Of a DNA stretch of 64,000 nt, positions 61,351 to 64,000 are shown in pieces. Source of the stretch: Camelus ferus (taxonomy: Eukaryota). Numbering within the stretch: position 1 is the first letter of the stretch; each line of letters begins with the position of its first letter. The notes under the pieces are model-generated. The model saw only the letters and a program-made list of their open reading frames with translations. It was not told the origin of the DNA and did not search any database. Location: assembly GCF_009834535.1 (NCBI RefSeq), contig NC_045696.1, forward strand, positions 118,174,001 to 118,238,000. The letters run 5' to 3'. The translations under genes and the position numbers were made by a program.

Positions 61351-64000
61351 AACAGAGAAGAGTCTTTGAGGACATCCTCTTCCCACCTTGACACCCAGCC
61401 CAGGTAACCTGGGCTGAGAAATTAATATCATTAGACATTGCTCAGAAGGGCAGGTTTTAGTATACAAGCACATTTTACATATTGGTAGTCTTTAAATAGG
61501 ACATTCCTAAAAATTTTCAATGAAAGGTAGAGGTAATTTAATGACTATTAGGCCACCATGTTTTAAAAGCAGCAAGGTCTTAGATTAAGTATCCTAGTCT
61601 TCAGAGTTTTTCCCCCCACAGACACTGCTCTGGAGATGGCCCAGTGTTCACTCACTCATGCAAGGAGTGGTCCCGTACAGAGGGCTGGAAGGATGTCCTC
61701 CAAAGTACCAGAGTTACCGCCTGTTTGGAGGCTTCAGCAAGCCTTATTGAAACTGTCCTTGTAGGAGCATGGTAGCTAATTGTCACCCTTCCCTTCATGT
61801 AACTTGGGTGAGAGAAATAACTGTAAAGATGAACACAGAAGAATTTGAGGATCATTTCTTAAAAGACTGACTTTGGGCATTTTTCTTTTTAAGTCCTAAA
61901 ATTTGGGTGCTTTATTTGGCCTACTGCCCTTGGAGAGTAGTTAACCAATTGCTTGAGAGTTCTTGCTTAATTTCCAGTATCCAAAGTAGAAAACATGAAT
62001 TAAAAAAAAAAAATCTTTGTAACCTATTCTGCTTATATAAACCGAAAGTTTTGGTATACTGTACTTATTATATTTATGATTTTTCTCTTTTCATTTCATC
62101 AGTTATAATCTTTTAATCTTACAGAGCATTTATTCTTAAGGGATTTTGAATATTCTTAGTTTTATAATTTCTTTGCGATTGAGACCATAATATTATATTG
62201 CTTGGAATCTTTAAATTCAGCTGGATTATTTGTACCTATAAGTAGCTCAGAGTGAGGTATTATATGAATTACAGAGACCACAAGTTGTCAGTTTTAAAGA
62301 GAGTAATCAATTGGAGATACTTTTCAACTTGCACTAGTGTGTTTACAACTAAGGAGACTTTGTAAAATAAGATGAAATCTCAAATACTTGTGGAATTAGT
62401 GGTGTGATCTATTTTATTAACTTCATTTTAGTCAGTGAATTCAGATTACTTGTGACAAAAGTGAGCAGAAGTAAAATTGAGATTATTTGTTACTTCTTTT
62501 GTCCTTGACATAGCTTTTCCAGGGGTGCAAGTTAACTGAGGTAGGCAAAAATATGCAGTGAAACATACAGTACATGCTTTATCTCTTGATAAACCGTTTT
62601 TCTTATCCGTTTCTCCTCCTGCCTTTTTTTTTTTTTAATTCCTTTCATGGCACAAATAATCTGCCTAAGTGCTAAATTAGAAACCTTGGAAATTTACTTC
62701 CATTTCTGTGTCAGGTACCACCATTTTTTCAAGTTTTGTCTCTCAGTCCTCTTCCTATAGCTGCTGTGCTGGTTTGGTTGTTAGTACCCAATCCCACCAC
62801 TGGAATTGCCTCTCAAATCCTCACTAAGTACCTGATAATTGATTCCACCATTTTTCTATGCTACTAATGACTCACAACATTACCCAGTTTAGATTTCTTT
62901 TATTTCTTTTTGAGAAGGAGCTAATAGGCAGTGCGATCAATAAAGGAACAGTAGTTTGGTAGTAAAGTAAGTGATGGGAAAGTCACGAGCCACAGAGCAG
63001 AAAAAATATGTGTGGTAAATAATTGAGTCCTTTGTAGAGCTAACTTATCTGTTCTCTCTCTGGTTTTAATTACTTTTGTGCACTGTGTTTTCTGAGAACC
63101 AGAGCTGCCTCAGAATTGTGGAAGAACTTGGGACAGCGACTACTTTACATAGGCTTTCCTCCAGTGCAATCAACTGCGGTTGAGTTTTTCTTTTGCAGTT
63201 TGAGCAAGATAAATTACAGTGTTTGTTGGATAAAAGGTGACAGGCAGGTTATGTTACAAAAAGGCAATAGATTAAAAAAAAAAGAAAAGAACTCTGAAAC
63301 AAATGGAATAACATAAGGAGGAGTAGTTAATGAGATGTGGAATAATTTAATAAGTCTGGAACTGAGAATTTAGAATATGAAATAAAATTATGGATAATAT
63401 TTAAAGTTTCAGCCTGTTTAATCTAAAATAATTTCAAAAATTTTATTTATTTTTTCTTAGTTACAGGAGCATACTGAAAAGAAGGGAATACTTTAATTGC
63501 AAATGTGCTTGTGTCCTTATTGTGCTGTGAAGGATGTCTGTGCCTCACGTCTGCCACAGGAAATGCACAGAGCCCAACACATGCTGATGGAATTGTTCAT
63601 CTCTTGGAGTCAGGTTGAATCGGCAGCTCAGGGAAACCGCAGTTCCTGAAATTCTCTAACTTTTCATGGGGCATTTAGAGTAGTCTTTGAGACTGGAGTG
63701 AACCGTTCTTGGGTGCCCAAAGCAGCTCTCAGAAATGACCTAACTTCTTTTGGTTTATTTAGAGTGATTGAGACTAATCTGTTTCTTATTCGGAAGCTAA
63801 TTTGAACTTGTTATCAGAGCTTGATCCTAATTGAATCAGGGTGTAGAGAAGAGAGACTGTGTTGGCATCAAGAGCAATATTAGAAGATAGAATCCTCAGA
63901 TCACAAGAGTTTTTCTCTTCTTTTGTCATACATACTTTTGTTTCTGTTTTGTCAGGAACTTCATGGTAGCTTGGGATCTAGCTTGCTACCAACTATGGTT

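Noticed and set aside
1..64000. CRISPR array, operon or other prokaryote-type system
   Set aside because: No regularly spaced repeats and no gene-dense coding regions. The sequence is mammalian and rich in repeats.

Overview
Mammalian nuclear DNA: AT-rich, CpG-depleted and dense in repeats. It is most likely camelid (alpaca, llama or camel). This rests on several young L1 3' ends of a cetartiodactyl type and on finding no Alu, B1, SINEC, PRE-1 or Bov-A/tA/BovB elements; it is an inference from remembered repeat patterns, not a database result. I recognised no intact protein-coding exon. The apparent T>A and G>C skew and the mostly minus-strand L1s and LTRs suggest the window lies inside a large intron of a gene transcribed on the + strand, which I could not identify. 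Best-supported items: (1) a full-length processed MRPL42 retrocopy (35046-35828) with a 16-bp TSD and one premature stop; (2) a CR1/L3 reverse-transcriptase relic near 14.2-14.8 kb whose 52-codon core is unusually well preserved, a candidate exapted element, with a much more decayed CR1 relic near 55.9-56.5 kb for comparison; (3) a local direct duplication of about 370 bp (57249-57621 and 58437-58799); (4) several TSD-flanked or nested insertions, including an ERV1-type solo LTR; (5) a few candidate non-coding exons or alternative promoters. I found no convincing new biological system. Repeat subfamily names and most repeat boundaries are approximate, by-eye calls.
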